A stretch of 64,000 nt of DNA from an uncultured virus (IMG/VR IMGVR_UViG_2660238363_000004) (taxonomy: Duplodnaviria > Heunggongvirae > Uroviricota > Caudoviricetes): IMG/VR virus record IMGVR_UViG_2660238363_000004. One strand, written 5' to 3'. Below, piece by piece: positions 9,818 to 19,770 of the stretch (the first letter of the stretch is position 1; every line of letters starts with the position of its first letter). Under the pieces are notes generated by a model. The model was not told where the DNA came from. It ran no database searches and saw only the letters and a list, made by a program, of their open reading frames with translations. The position numbers and the translations under genes are program-made.

Positions 9818-10507
9818 CTAACCATGCTTCCTGTACGTCTGCGGCATGCTGCCGATCACCTTGCCGAACACGAACACCCGGTTCATCTCGTCTTTTTCGA
9901 TCGGGTCCCAGGCTGCATAGCTCTTGTTATCTGAGATAACCAGCAGCTTGTCCTTCATCTTCTGCAGGCGCTTGACGTGAGCAGTGTCGTCGTACAGGAA
10001 GGCGTATATCCCGTCGCCGTCGAAGCTCTTAACGCTGATGTCGACGAACAGCAGATCGCCAGGCTCAATCGTGCCAGACATGCTGTCGCCCCGGACGTTG
10101 ATGATCCGGATGTTCTCAGCCTTACGCCCATCGAACATGTGCCGGGCTTCTGCTGGCGCATACTCAACCGAGTGGAGGATCTCCACGAACTCCTGATTCA
10201 CAATGCCCGGTCCTGCACTGACGGCCAGATCCAAAATGTCGACCCTGAACACATCATGATTTATGTGTGATGGCTTCTTATCATCGTCACCATCAGCTCT
10301 CATGGCGCCAGTTCCCGAAGAAAGCCACTCAGGCCTCACCCTTAAAGCCTTGGCTATATCGAGCAATTTTGTGGTCTGAGCAGCCCTTCCAGTTTCAATC
10401 TTCTGGATCGCAGCCTGACTAACCCCAACAGCATCTCCCAGAGTCTTCTGGGTCATGTCGGCAGCCTTTCTGGCTTCTCTTAATCGTTCTGCAAGTGTCG
10501 TTTTCAT
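9818..10507 (-). CDS. cI: Prophage repressor (XRE HTH + S24 peptidase)
   Basis: N-terminal HTH, SAG cleavage site, VRGDSM serine and VKRL lysine motifs. Confidence 0.95.
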   Translation of the reverse strand: MKTTLAERLREARKAADMTQKTLGDAVGVSQAAIQKIETGRAAQTTKLLDIAKALRVRPEWLSSGTGAMRADGDDDKKPSHINHDVFRVDILDLAVSAGPGIVNQEFVEILHSVEYAPAEARHMFDGRKAENIRIINVRGDSMSGTIEPGDLLFVDISVKSFDGDGIYAFLYDDTAHVKRLQKMKDKLLVISDNKSYAAWDPIEKDEMNRVFVFGKVIGSMPQTYRKHG

Positions 10508-10518
10508 CTTCTCAATTT

Positions 10519-10584
10519 ACAACCATGGTTTTATAGCGGCAAACGAAAATGGTTGTTGACTAAATACAACTAAGGTTTTATTCT
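10519..10584 (+). promoter_or_regulatory. OR operators and pR promoter
   Basis: ACAACCATGGTTTT (10519), ACGAAAATGGTTGT (10543), ACAACTAAGGTTTT (10566); TTGACT-17-TATTCT. Confidence 0.8.
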
Positions 10585-10611
10585 TTGTTTGTATTTACTA
10601 CGGAGGTTGTC

Positions 10612-10845
10612 ATGAACCCAACCATTAAAACCGCAATTAATATTGTCGGCTCTCAGAAAAAGCTTGGTGAAGCCTGCGATGTTTCTCAGCAGGCGGTTTA
10701 CAAGTGGCTCCACAACAAGGCAAAGGTTTCGCCTGAACATGTAAACAGCATCGTAAATGCAACTAATGGGGAGGTTCAGGCGCATCAAATTAGACCAGAC
10801 CTTCCAAAACTATTCCCTTCTCCGAAGGGCGTTCCGGCCGCCTAA
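10612..10845 (+). CDS. cro: Cro/YdaS-like regulator
   Basis: GSQKKLGEACDVSQQAVYKW...IRPDL; GGAGG RBS; divergent from cI. Confidence 0.9.
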   Translation: MNPTIKTAINIVGSQKKLGEACDVSQQAVYKWLHNKAKVSPEHVNSIVNATNGEVQAHQIRPDLPKLFPSPKGVPAA

Positions 10846-10884
10846 CCAGCGGCCTCCCAATCAACACCAGAGGAAGTATCACAA

Positions 10885-11106
10885 ATGGAGAGTTCAACGA
10901 CACGCAACAAAGTGGAGGCTCGCAGGATAGAAAGCTGGTTACACAGCCAGATAGCTGAACTGGGAACCACGAATATCGCCAAAGTGGCCGGAGTGAATAA
11001 GTCGACGGTGAGTCGCTGGCGGGAAAGCCTGCTGCCGAACATGTCGCTGCTGCTGGCCATCCTGATTTCTAACAGGCCGGGAGAGAAAGGTGATTTTGAA
11101 GCATGA
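10885..11106 (+). CDS. cII: CII-like activator
   Basis: STTRNK...IESWLHSQIAELG...VNKSTVSRW; position after cro. Confidence 0.8.
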   Translation: MESSTTRNKVEARRIESWLHSQIAELGTTNIAKVAGVNKSTVSRWRESLLPNMSLLLAILISNRPGEKGDFEA

Positions 11107-11234
11107 GTGGGAACAGAAAGGCGAAAGCCGCAGTGCGGGAACACTAACGGCTTTCAGGTGCAAAAACGAAGAGGTAATTGCGAGGTAATTATGCCAGGCA
11201 ATTTTGAATATGTAAATCATAGGGAGGGAGAGCA

Positions 11235-11582
11235 ATGACACGTCAATTTTCCATGCAAAAGAGGATTTCTGTTTTTACCAGAGCCTCTGGGAAGTGTGCT
11301 TATTGCGGGCATGCCCTCTCAATCGAAAGAATGCACATTGATCACATTAAGCCAAAGAAATGCGGCGGCAATAATGATCTTAGCAATCTTAATTGCTCCT
11401 GCGGACCATGCAATACAGCTAAAGGTGACAGGGATTTAGAAGACTATCGATTGCAGGTAATGATTAAAAAATCCGCATTCATTGACGTAATCACCTTTAA
11501 GCAATGGCGAGACCTCAACGAAAGGGGGGTGCTTATTAACCTGCCTACCCACTTATTTCATTTTGAGGTTGAGTCTTTATGA
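11235..11582 (+). CDS. HNH endonuclease
   Basis: CAYCG...HIDHIKPK..GGNN..NL..SCGPCNTAKG. Confidence 0.9.
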   Translation: MTRQFSMQKRISVFTRASGKCAYCGHALSIERMHIDHIKPKKCGGNNDLSNLNCSCGPCNTAKGDRDLEDYRLQVMIKKSAFIDVITFKQWRDLNERGVLINLPTHLFHFEVESL

Positions 11583-12304
11583 GCAGAGCAGCAACAGACT
11601 GGGCGTGGGGCCTTGAAATTAAGGCGTCGCAAAAGCTGCTGATGCTCTCTCTGGCAGATCGTGCTGACGAATTGCACTGCTGCTACCCGAGCATACAGCG
11701 CCTTGTAAAAGATACCGGAATGGACAGGAAGACCATTGGGAAGTGGATCAATCAGATGATTGAAGATGGATTTATCAGTGATACCGGAGAGCGTAAAGGC
11801 AAGACAAAACAGGTTCGTGTTCTGCGTCTCAACATTGAGGTTAAAGAAGCCCAAAAACGGAACAGTACCAAATTTGGTAACAATACCAAAAACGGACATG
11901 AAACAAGCCCAATTTTGGACAATAAACGATCCCAAAATTGGGATGCAGAATCAGTCATTGAACCCAACATAGAACCAACTCTCTCTGCGCGAGGGCAGTT
12001 TATCAGCGAGGCTGCAAAGCGACGGATCGGGATTTCACCCAGCGGGGAAATACCTTTCCCTCCTGCTTTCAAGCCATCGGCAGATCACATTGCGATTGCC
12101 TCGGAGAAAGGGATCAACATTGAAACCGAGTTGCTGAACTTTCGTGATTATCACCAGGCCCGCGGCACAAAGCTGATCGACTGGAACTCGGCATTCCGGG
12201 TATGGCTCAGGAACGCGAGAGTTAATCCGCTTTCCGGGCGCCAGAGAAGCGAACCTGATTCCCCACACTGGAACAGCCCTGAAGGCTGGAAGGACTTCAT
12301 ATGA
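11579..12304 (+). CDS. Replication initiator (O-like)
   Basis: N-terminal HTH (CYPSIQRL), central iterons, C-terminal DW...FRVWLRN. Confidence 0.8.
   Translation: MSRAATDWAWGLEIKASQKLLMLSLADRADELHCCYPSIQRLVKDTGMDRKTIGKWINQMIEDGFISDTGERKGKTKQVRVLRLNIEVKEAQKRNSTKFGNNTKNGHETSPILDNKRSQNWDAESVIEPNIEPTLSARGQFISEAAKRRIGISPSGEIPFPPAFKPSADHIAIASEKGINIETELLNFRDYHQARGTKLIDWNSAFRVWLRNARVNPLSGRQRSEPDSPHWNSPEGWKDFI
11851..11941 (+). repeat. Phage origin iterons (5 x CCAAWWWYGG)
   Basis: Copies at 11851, 11868, 11886, 11909 and 11932 inside the O-like gene. Confidence 0.75.
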
Positions 12305-13077
12305 CCGCTCAGCTTATGACCGCGATCAGCAATCGCGATGGTGATGCGCTGGCCAGAATGGCCGCAGGTAGCACGGAGCCGCAGAGGCTTCTCGATTTCG
12401 AAGCTGAAAGGCTGGTTGACTCCCTGTTCCGTCAGCTGAAGCAGATCTTCCCGGCGTCAACGCAAACCAATCTGCGCACCGATGCCGAAGAGAAGACAGC
12501 GAAGCGCCAGTGGATTGCAGCTTTTGCCGAAAACGGGATCCGCACCCGCGAGCAGTTATCCGCCGGAGTGCGACATGCGAGAGCCAGCGAATCGCCGTTC
12601 TGGCCATCGCCGGGCCAGTTCATCAAGTGGTGCAAGGACAGCGGCACCGTGCTGGGAGTGACTCTTGTCGACGTGATGAACGAGTTCCACCGCTACAGCC
12701 GTGAAAAAGGGCTGCATACCGGCGGTGCTGAGCGCTTCCCGTGGTCTCACCCTGTCATGTACTGGGTTGTTACCGATACCCGGCGAGCAATGTACCAGCG
12801 CCAGCTCAGCGAGGCAGAAACCGAGAAATATGCCGCCAAAAAGCTGGAAGACTGGGCGCTGAAAGTCGCCTCCGGAGAAAAAATACCGTCACCGGTTCTG
12901 GCTCTTGAGAACAACCAGGAAGCCATTCCAACAAACCATGTCAGCCGGCAGCAGGGGTTTCACCCTGAAGGCAAAAGCTTCGGATGTATGCCAAGCGCGG
13001 CATCGCTCGGTGCGTTAACTCCGGCTCAGTGGCTGCGGGATGAATACCTACGCGGGAAAGAGAGAGGGCTTATCTGA
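12301..13077 (+). CDS. Replication protein P-like helicase loader
   Basis: LFRQLKQIFPA...KRQWIAAFAENGI...PFWPSPGQFIKWC. Confidence 0.85.
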   Translation: MTAQLMTAISNRDGDALARMAAGSTEPQRLLDFEAERLVDSLFRQLKQIFPASTQTNLRTDAEEKTAKRQWIAAFAENGIRTREQLSAGVRHARASESPFWPSPGQFIKWCKDSGTVLGVTLVDVMNEFHRYSREKGLHTGGAERFPWSHPVMYWVVTDTRRAMYQRQLSEAETEKYAAKKLEDWALKVASGEKIPSPVLALENNQEAIPTNHVSRQQGFHPEGKSFGCMPSAASLGALTPAQWLRDEYLRGKERGLI

Positions 13078-13379
13078 TGAAAAAGAACTCTGGCAGACAG
13101 GCTGTAATCAACTTCATCGGGCAGCACCCTGGTTGCTCATTTCAGGATATCCGCCACGGTACCGGGCTAGACCCGTCCGTTGTCAATTCTGCTTTGTGGC
13201 AGATGAACCGCGATGGACGCGTTAAGCGCGAAGGAGAATATCGTAGCTATCGCTACACCCTTGCAGAGCAGACAGCCGTAACCGAAAGCGATCCGTCTGT
13301 TCAGTACCGCCATCGTCCTGACGGCGCAAACCCAATGACCAAACTGTTTAACTATTGCCTGGCGGGAGTAAGAAAATGA
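13077..13379 (+). CDS. Winged-helix phage protein
   Basis: FIGQHPGCSFQDIRHGTGLDPSVVNSAL. Confidence 0.55.
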   Translation: MKKNSGRQAVINFIGQHPGCSFQDIRHGTGLDPSVVNSALWQMNRDGRVKREGEYRSYRYTLAEQTAVTESDPSVQYRHRPDGANPMTKLFNYCLAGVRK

Positions 13380-13831
13380 ACATCGAAACAGTAAACGAAC
13401 TCATCACCTCCCTGGAGAGTGGAGGAGAGCTGTCAATCAGAGAGCAGAAGTTCCTGAAGCTGGCGAAAGCGTACCAGCAGCTGGCTGCGGAGAATGTGGG
13501 GCTGAAGAATGTATTTAGCCAGAAGGAAATCCCATCCGAAGCAGTCGATGCATTCATGGAAACCGCAGTAATGGATCATGACTGGAATGAAACCTCCGAG
13601 TGGTCATGGGTTGAAAACGAAACAGAGGTTATCCACGCCGTTCTTGACGCACTTAAGCCTGAAACCCCCGCCACCGACCGCATCGTAGCCGGGATTAAGG
13701 CTGATGGGGTGGATGAGTTCGCGGCAAAACTTCGAATTCCTGGTGATGACCAGTTTTTTGACGCTTTAGCAAAAGGGGTTGCACTTGCTGCTGACGACTT
13801 CGCCAAGCAGCTGCGCGAGGGGGCCAAATGA
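13376..13831 (+). CDS. Ead/Ea22-like phage protein
   Basis: LAAENVGLK...TPATDRIVAGIKADGV motif. Confidence 0.6.
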   Translation: MNIETVNELITSLESGGELSIREQKFLKLAKAYQQLAAENVGLKNVFSQKEIPSEAVDAFMETAVMDHDWNETSEWSWVENETEVIHAVLDALKPETPATDRIVAGIKADGVDEFAAKLRIPGDDQFFDALAKGVALAADDFAKQLREGAK

Positions 13832-14031
13832 GCATGAGCAACAGAAAAGCCAGAGCGCTCCTGTCCAGAGGTGGGAAACACTGGTACCTGCGGAAATGGG
13901 TGAGGGTAAGCAATCGCCGCTCAGTCGTCCTGGTGCATTCCTGTAGGCACGTAATGGGTCGTAAGGATAAAAACTCCGCTGCTCAGAACCGCTGGAAAAA
14001 CCACACACACCGCACGGAGCGTGCAGCATGA
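13828..14031 (+). CDS. Basic hypothetical protein
   Basis: ATGA-coupled ORF. Confidence 0.5.
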   Translation: MSMSNRKARALLSRGGKHWYLRKWVRVSNRRSVVLVHSCRHVMGRKDKNSAAQNRWKNHTHRTERAA

Positions 14032-14609
14032 CAACTGATATCACCGAACTGGCGCAGGGCCTGAAAGCGGCAGCAGAGAATGCTATTGGGGCGCATGAAC
14101 GGCTCGCAGCATATCCATATGGTGAGATTATCGATATCTCTCAGCATGAAGGTGAACAGATTGATATCGATATCACAGATATCAATGAGTTCCACGAAGA
14201 AGCCAACCCAGTCAACGTCCTCGCGCTGGTAGAGGCGCTGGAGAAGGCGCAGCAGGTGGACGAAGAGCTTTGCAAGCTGCTTCCTCCAGGCGTTGAGTAC
14301 ATGGACCCACCAGACGGCGGAGATGTAACACCGCTTGAGGGAGTGCGTCGAATGGTGGCTGATTACCGCCAGCGCATCGCCGACCTGGAGTCCCGCACCG
14401 TGAAGCTGCCGGATGGATGGCAATTCGAAGAGTGTGAGGCAGAGGATTGTGAAAACGGCGCTATATTCAGTGTCGGCACTGGCAGTAGAAATATTCACCT
14501 TTGCGATAAATGCGCGCATGAGCCTCAGAATTCTCGCTTGAAGAAGTCTCCGTTATCTAAGCGGCTGCCATTCAAAATGTCAGCTGGCATCAAGGTGGAG
14601 GCTGAGTGA
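14028..14609 (+). CDS. Ead/Ea22-like protein
   Basis: TDITELAQ.LKAAAE...ANP.NVLALVEALEKAQ...LESRTVKLP. Confidence 0.6.
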   Translation: MTTDITELAQGLKAAAENAIGAHERLAAYPYGEIIDISQHEGEQIDIDITDINEFHEEANPVNVLALVEALEKAQQVDEELCKLLPPGVEYMDPPDGGDVTPLEGVRRMVADYRQRIADLESRTVKLPDGWQFEECEAEDCENGAIFSVGTGSRNIHLCDKCAHEPQNSRLKKSPLSKRLPFKMSAGIKVEAE

Positions 14610-14776
14610 TGTGGATCCTCATTATCTGGATGTTCGGCGCTTATGGAAACCCGACCATCACCACCCAAGAGTTTCAAACAGAATCCGCCTGTCGAGCAGC
14701 GTTTGCCGAAGCAAAAAAGGTAAACAATGCCGACGTTTCTCTACGTGGCGTATGCACGCCCAAGGGTGACCAATGA
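14609..14776 (+). CDS. Small hydrophobic-N-terminus protein (55 aa)
   Basis: Hand translation MWILIIWMFGAYGNPTITTQEFQTESAC...GVCTPKGDQ; coupled on both sides. Confidence 0.55.
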   Translation: MWILIIWMFGAYGNPTITTQEFQTESACRAAFAEAKKVNNADVSLRGVCTPKGDQ

Positions 14777-15432
14777 CCAAATCAACCATAACCAGAGAGC
14801 AGTTAATTAAAAAGGCGCAGGAGCAAATTGAGTTTTGCCGTCACACGAAGATAACGGGTGAAGGCCGCGCCCATGTAAACCAATGTGCGGCGTTGTTTGA
14901 AATCGCGCTGGCCGCAATGGACAGCGAGTCTGGGTATTTGCCTCTCGACTACCTGCAGGGACACAAAGACGGTCTGGAATGGGCCGCCCAACTGGCAGAA
15001 GCCAATCACCCTGAAACCGGAGACTGGCTTTACGATGACCCTATCGAGCTGGCAAAAGCCATTCGCAAAGGTCCAGATATGCCGCCAGCGCAGCCGGTAG
15101 CGGACAGCGAGCCGGTGATTGTTGTTGGCGATGATGGAGGGGATGCGCTTTCTTATCGCCGCCTTATCCAGTCCTTTGAGCCTGGCACTAAGCTCTATCT
15201 CCACGCGCAGCCAGCACCGGTAGTTTCAGGATGGATTCCGGTAAGCGAGCGCCTGCCAGAAGAAGGTGGCCGTTACTGGTGCTATGTGGAAGAGCAAAAC
15301 AGCTTGGGGAAATCACACTATCAATGGAACTGTTCATGGAATGGCGATCGGTGGTGGGTTGAAAGCGAGGGCGGCGGGATTGTCACCCACTGGATGCCAC
15401 TGCCAGCCTGCCCCGCAGGAGGTGAAAGGTGA
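14773..15432 (+). CDS. Eaa-like DUF551 protein
   Basis: WIPVSERLP...VTHWMPLP. Confidence 0.75.
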   Translation: MTKSTITREQLIKKAQEQIEFCRHTKITGEGRAHVNQCAALFEIALAAMDSESGYLPLDYLQGHKDGLEWAAQLAEANHPETGDWLYDDPIELAKAIRKGPDMPPAQPVADSEPVIVVGDDGGDALSYRRLIQSFEPGTKLYLHAQPAPVVSGWIPVSERLPEEGGRYWCYVEEQNSLGKSHYQWNCSWNGDRWWVESEGGGIVTHWMPLPACPAGGER

Positions 15433-15668
15433 ATAAGGTCGAACTGCTTCAGAAAATATCGGCACTCGCCACTGAATGCCACACGCTGGCCTGTGAGCTT
15501 GATATTGGTCATGAGCGCACGGAAATGTTCGAAATCTACGGCGTGCTGCACAACCTCGGGCGCCGCGGGTACGCCTGCCAGGTAGGGCGGCGCATGAATC
15601 CGCTGCTCGATTCCTGCGATGACGACGAGGATGAGGAAGATGACGATTGGGATGAGGATGAAGACTGA
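15429..15668 (+). CDS. Hypothetical protein with acidic tail
   Basis: GTG start coupled to the upstream stop. Confidence 0.55.
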   Translation: MNKVELLQKISALATECHTLACELDIGHERTEMFEIYGVLHNLGRRGYACQVGRRMNPLLDSCDDDEDEEDDDWDEDED

Positions 15669-15925
15669 TGCCTAAATCCCCCGCAGAACGTAAAGCCTCC
15701 AGTTGAAATCAAACCCCTCTCCTGAGGGGTTTATCGTATATGCTCATTTTGCTTTTATCCCCGGGAAGGGCGATAATTACCTCGTCAGCCTGAGCAACTG
15801 ACACGATTATCCGGCGCCAAGTGGGGACACATGGCGCACAAAACCTTACAGCAATCCCTGTCACCGATGGCGAAAGCCACCGGCGATTTACTGCATTCAG
15901 CGTTTAGCCTCTGCGGAGGTGAAGC

Positions 15926-16381
15926 GTGAACATCCCTCAATGCGGCATCAAGCTGCACAGCGGCAACTTCAGCGCTATAGGCAAGATTCTTCAGGAGCAG
16001 CTCTCTGACGGGAAATGTCTTCGCCTGCAGGTCAAAGAGTGGCGTGAAAAACGCAGCCTGAGCCAGAACGCACTCAGTCACATGTGGTACGCGGAAATCA
16101 GCGAATACCTGATTAAATCCGGACGTACCGACGCAACTCCTGAGTGGGTTAAGCGCAACCTCAAAAAGACCTATCTCGGCTGTGAAGAGGTGACATACAC
16201 CGACTTCATCACCGGTGAGAAAACCACAACCTGGGAGCCCCGGCATACCTCCGATCTTGATACCGGCGAAATGCACATCTTCCTGACCAAAGTAGAGGCC
16301 TGGTGCGCTCAGTTTGGTCTGGCTCTCACCATTCCACACGGTTGCGAATATCAGCAACTGCAGCAAAAGCAGGAGGCCTGA
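15926..16381 (+). CDS. ninB: NinB/YbcN family protein
   Basis: [17 protein letters not shown]...TSDLDTGEM. Confidence 0.8.
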   Translation: MNIPQCGIKLHSGNFSAIGKILQEQLSDGKCLRLQVKEWREKRSLSQNALSHMWYAEISEYLIKSGRTDATPEWVKRNLKKTYLGCEEVTYTDFITGEKTTTWEPRHTSDLDTGEMHIFLTKVEAWCAQFGLALTIPHGCEYQQLQQKQEA

Positions 16382-16548
16382 TGAGCAGCCTTCTCGCCAA
16401 AGTAATGGAGCGCGGCATCTTCCGCGTACCGGCGCGCCGCAAGCGCAAGGTAGAGGTTAAGCCTTCCGACATCCCCACCTTTCACTATACGGCTCACCTG
16501 GCAGATGTCCGCTGGCTGCGCCGTGCTGCCAGAAGGAAAATTGCATGA
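16381..16548 (+). CDS. NinE-like small protein
   Basis: [11 protein letters not shown]...[17 protein letters not shown]. Confidence 0.55.
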   Translation: MSSLLAKVMERGIFRVPARRKRKVEVKPSDIPTFHYTAHLADVRWLRRAARRKIA

Positions 16549-17213
16549 GCCTCTACCGAAGCATTAATGGATCTATCTGGCGCAACATCTGGGTTGTTGG
16601 TGATCTGCATGGGTGCCATACGCTGCTGATGAACGAACTGGAAAGGGTCCGTTTTGACCCATTGTGTGATCTTCTGATCTCGGTAGGTGACCTTATCGAC
16701 CGTGGCGCGGAAAACGTCGAATGCCTAGAGCTAATCACAATGCCCTGGTTCATGGCTGTTCGCGGAAACCATGAGCAGATGATGCTCGACGGACTACGTT
16801 CTTCCTGGAAAGTGGATCACTGGCTCGCTAACGGTGGCGGATGGTTCTTTAACCTTGACTACGACAAAGAGCGCCTGGCTATAGCGTTGACGCATTTGGT
16901 TGCAGGTTTGCCACTTATCATCGAGGTAATAACCGAGGGTAAAAAGGTGGTGGTATGCCATGCTGACTACCCGCATAACGAATACTCATATGGCTGGCCC
17001 GTCGATGCAGAACAGGTGATCTGGAATCGTGAGCGAGTGAGCGCGGCTCAGGATGGGATTGTGAATGAAATATCCGGTGCAGACCTGTTTATTTTTGGGC
17101 ACACCCCGGCACATCAGCCAAGCCAGTATGCCAATCAGATGTATATCGATACCGGGGCTGTATTCTGCGGCCGCCTGACCTTGGTGCAGATCCAAGGTGG
17201 TGAGCATGCGTAA
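16545..17213 (+). CDS. ninI: Ser/Thr protein phosphatase (lambda NinI-like)
   Basis: GDLHG, GDLIDRG, RGNHE, FGHTP and IDTG motifs. Confidence 0.92.
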   Translation: MSLYRSINGSIWRNIWVVGDLHGCHTLLMNELERVRFDPLCDLLISVGDLIDRGAENVECLELITMPWFMAVRGNHEQMMLDGLRSSWKVDHWLANGGGWFFNLDYDKERLAIALTHLVAGLPLIIEVITEGKKVVVCHADYPHNEYSYGWPVDAEQVIWNRERVSAAQDGIVNEISGADLFIFGHTPAHQPSQYANQMYIDTGAVFCGRLTLVQIQGGEHA

Positions 17214-17841
17214 ACCAGCACGTCGTAAATGCGCCCACTGCCGCGAATGGTTCCATCCTGCCCGGGAGGGGCAGGTGGTATGCAGTTTTGAATGCGCCAG
17301 CGCGATCGGCAAAAAACAGACAGCAAAAGCCCGGGAAGCGGCGAAGGCCAGGGCGGTGAAGCGCCAGCGTGAATCCGAGAAGGAGGGGCGCCAGCGCCGT
17401 AAAGCAAGATTGGCTGAGCTCAGACCTAACGGTTACTACAAAGCCCAGGCTCAGAAGGCATTCAACGCCTACATCCGCGCTCGTGATGCTGCTTTGCCAT
17501 GCATCAGTTGCGGCGAGACCAACCCGCCTGATCTGCATGGCGGCCAGTGGGACTGCGGCCACTTCAAAACGGTCGGCGCTTACCCTGAGTTGCGTTTTGA
17601 AGAGCGCAACGCTCATAAACAGTGCAAATCGTGCAATGCCGGGGCTGGTAAGTACACCGCCAAAGAGTCGACGGTTGCTCAGCAATACGAAGCTGGCCTG
17701 GTCGCTCGTTACGGACAGGAGTATGTCGACTGGCTTAACGGACCCCACGAAATGAACAACTACCGCCGGGAAGACTTCATTCGTATCCGCGATGAGTACC
17801 GCGCCAAGCTCAAAGAACTTAAACAGCAGGAGGCAGTATGA
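17206..17841 (+). CDS. ninG: NinG/Rap recombination endonuclease
   Basis: RKCAHC...[10 protein letters not shown]...CISCG...DCGHF...[12 protein letters not shown]. Confidence 0.92.
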   Translation: MRKPARRKCAHCREWFHPAREGQVVCSFECASAIGKKQTAKAREAAKARAVKRQRESEKEGRQRRKARLAELRPNGYYKAQAQKAFNAYIRARDAALPCISCGETNPPDLHGGQWDCGHFKTVGAYPELRFEERNAHKQCKSCNAGAGKYTAKESTVAQQYEAGLVARYGQEYVDWLNGPHEMNNYRREDFIRIRDEYRAKLKELKQQEAV

Positions 17842-18123
17842 CAGACGCTGTATTTCTATCGGCATATCTCATTGCGGTGGCCTGCTTCCTAATTAGGGAA
17901 TGGGTTAAGCACAAGAGGCTAAGAAAGAAGATCGGCATAAAGATTAGAGCCATTCGATATGCGGAAAAATACCGAATGCTCAAAAGACTAATGAGGGGTT
18001 AGGAGTATGAATTTAACCGAATCCCAAAGGTACGAAGCCGAAAGCGTAGCCAGAGCCAATCTGCCGCCAATAGCAAAGCACAGCCAGACCAAAACCAACC
18101 AGCCATTAGGAGAAGCAGCATGA
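17838..18123 (+). CDS. Two small ORFs: 17838..18002 (54 aa, TM + basic) and 18007..18123 (38 aa)
   Basis: Hand translations [19 protein letters not shown]... and MNLTESQRYEAESVARANLPP...; coupled to ninG and Q. Confidence 0.5.
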
Positions 18124-18899
18124 ACCTCGAAAGCGCAGTTAAATTTCACTCTCCTAAATCGCCACAGCTTTCAGACGCACCAAGGGCGACCGCGTCAGAT
18201 TCTTTAACTGGCACTGATGTTATGGCGGCATTCGGCATGGTGCAAAGTCGCGCCCCACTTGGATTCAGTGCTTTTAGCGGGAAGATGAATCTGAGCGAAG
18301 TCGATAAAAAGAAAGCTGTTCAGTTGCTAATGCAATACGGGGTAAAGCACTGTGATAAGGTGGCAGCCTTTCGCAAGCTTGAGACAAATGTTAAGGGCAA
18401 GATCCTGCAAACCATCGCAACTTTTGCATATCAGGATTATTGCCGATCAGCGGCCAGCCAGCTTACCTGCTCATGCTGTAAGGGCCGCGGCGTAATCAGG
18501 AGGGAGGAACTGGTGGTTAAGCACCCCGGATGTGGAGAGAAAACGCCTGCAAAAACAGCTAAAGAGCAGGTGGAAGAAACGTGCAAGAAATGTAGTGGCC
18601 GAGGCGTCATATCAACATCCTGCGTGAAGTGCAGAGGGAGAGGTGTGGCAATGGATCGCAAGAAGTCAGAGGAGCAGGGCGTGCCAGTTATGAGTGCTTG
18701 TCGTCAATGTTCAGGGAGGGGGTATGAGCGCCTTCCGGCAGCGTCCTGCTATCGTGCCATCTGCCAGTTTACTGATGCTATTTCACCTGGCGTATGGGAC
18801 AAGGCCGTTAAGCCATTCTATGAGAATTTAATTGCAGAGATTGAAAAGGCGGAATCTTCAGCAAATGCGATCTTATCGAAAGTTACTAGCAAAGTTTGA
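18120..18899 (+). CDS. Q: Late antiterminator Q (Zn-finger type)
   Basis: MNLESAVKFHSPKS...TDVMAAFG, CxxCxGxG repeats; followed by pR'. Confidence 0.88.
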   Translation: MNLESAVKFHSPKSPQLSDAPRATASDSLTGTDVMAAFGMVQSRAPLGFSAFSGKMNLSEVDKKKAVQLLMQYGVKHCDKVAAFRKLETNVKGKILQTIATFAYQDYCRSAASQLTCSCCKGRGVIRREELVVKHPGCGEKTPAKTAKEQVEETCKKCSGRGVISTSCVKCRGRGVAMDRKKSEEQGVPVMSACRQCSGRGYERLPAASCYRAICQFTDAISPGVWDKAVKPFYENLIAEIEKAESSANAILSKVTSKV

Positions 18900-18918
18900 T
18901 TCCGATAACGATTGCAGC

Positions 18919-18947
18919 TTGCAAAATGACGAAAGTTAGAATATCAT
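18919..18947 (+). promoter_or_regulatory. Late promoter pR'
   Basis: TTGCAA-17-TATCAT directly after Q. Confidence 0.7.
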
Positions 18948-18991
18948 CGCCCTAACACTATAAATCCGTGAATTGTTACGGTAAAGAATTC

Positions 18992-19021
18992 AAGCCCGAG
19001 GTTAACGCCTTGGGCTTTTTT
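18992..19021 (+). terminator. tR' intrinsic terminator
   Basis: AAGCCCGAGG-ttaacg-CCTTGGGCTT followed by T run. Confidence 0.8.
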
Positions 19022-19107
19022 ATGCCTGCGATCCGGTCAGGGCTCTTGGGTTGAGACGTGCTGCACGACACGTCGACACCCGCCGCGCAAGAGCCCTGAA
19101 CCAGATT

Positions 19108-19183
19108 GCTGGTTTAGCTCAGCAGGTAGAGCGCCTGCCTTGTAAGCAGGGTGTCGGCGGTTCGATTCCGTCAACCAGCACCA
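19108..19183 (+). tRNA. tRNA-Thr (anticodon UGU), phage-encoded
   Basis: 76-nt cloverleaf, anticodon arm CCTGC-CTTGTAA-GCAGG, GGTTCGATTCC T arm, encoded CCA. Confidence 0.93.
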
Positions 19184-19452
19184 GATAATGGCCTGACCTG
19201 ATAACGGGTTCATACCCCAACTTATCAGGGGCGCTGCTGTAACAGCGTCGCAGGCCGCCAGACCCAGCCAGGGTATTTTCGGTCATCACCGACATTGCTA
19301 TTACCCTCATGCTTATTGCCCGCCTTTTTGCGGGCTTTTTTATTATCAGGTCCCGCGGGAATCATCATCGACACGCTTCGTTGTTAAATCCAGCCGGACG
19401 GGCCTGACCTTCTCACACACAGCTTCCCGATCTTTCATCGGAGGCGGTAACT

Positions 19453-19770
19453 ATGGCTAAGCGTATGCAAGACAAAGAGAGCATTGCCGGGATGTCCTGG
19501 CTGGTTCTGCTGATCATTGCTTGCTGGGGTGGACTTGTCCGCTACCTGATAGATGTGAAGCAGAGCAAGGCAACATGGAGCTTGATCAATGCTCTTGCCC
19601 AAATGGTGGTTTCAGGGTTTACCGGCGTTATTGCTGGCCTGGTGAGCATTGAAAGCGGACTGAGCATTTACATGATTCTGGCAACCGCTGGGATAAGCGG
19701 CGCGATGGGTTCCGTAGCGTTGACCTATTTCTGGGAGCGCCTGACGGGGATTAAAGATGCAAATCAGTAA
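19453..19770 (+). CDS. Holin (three TM segments, possible dual start MAKRM)
   Basis: WGGLVRYL, VVSGFTG and AGISGAMG hydrophobic segments; upstream of lysozyme. Confidence 0.88.
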   Translation: MAKRMQDKESIAGMSWLVLLIIACWGGLVRYLIDVKQSKATWSLINALAQMVVSGFTGVIAGLVSIESGLSIYMILATAGISGAMGSVALTYFWERLTGIKDANQ

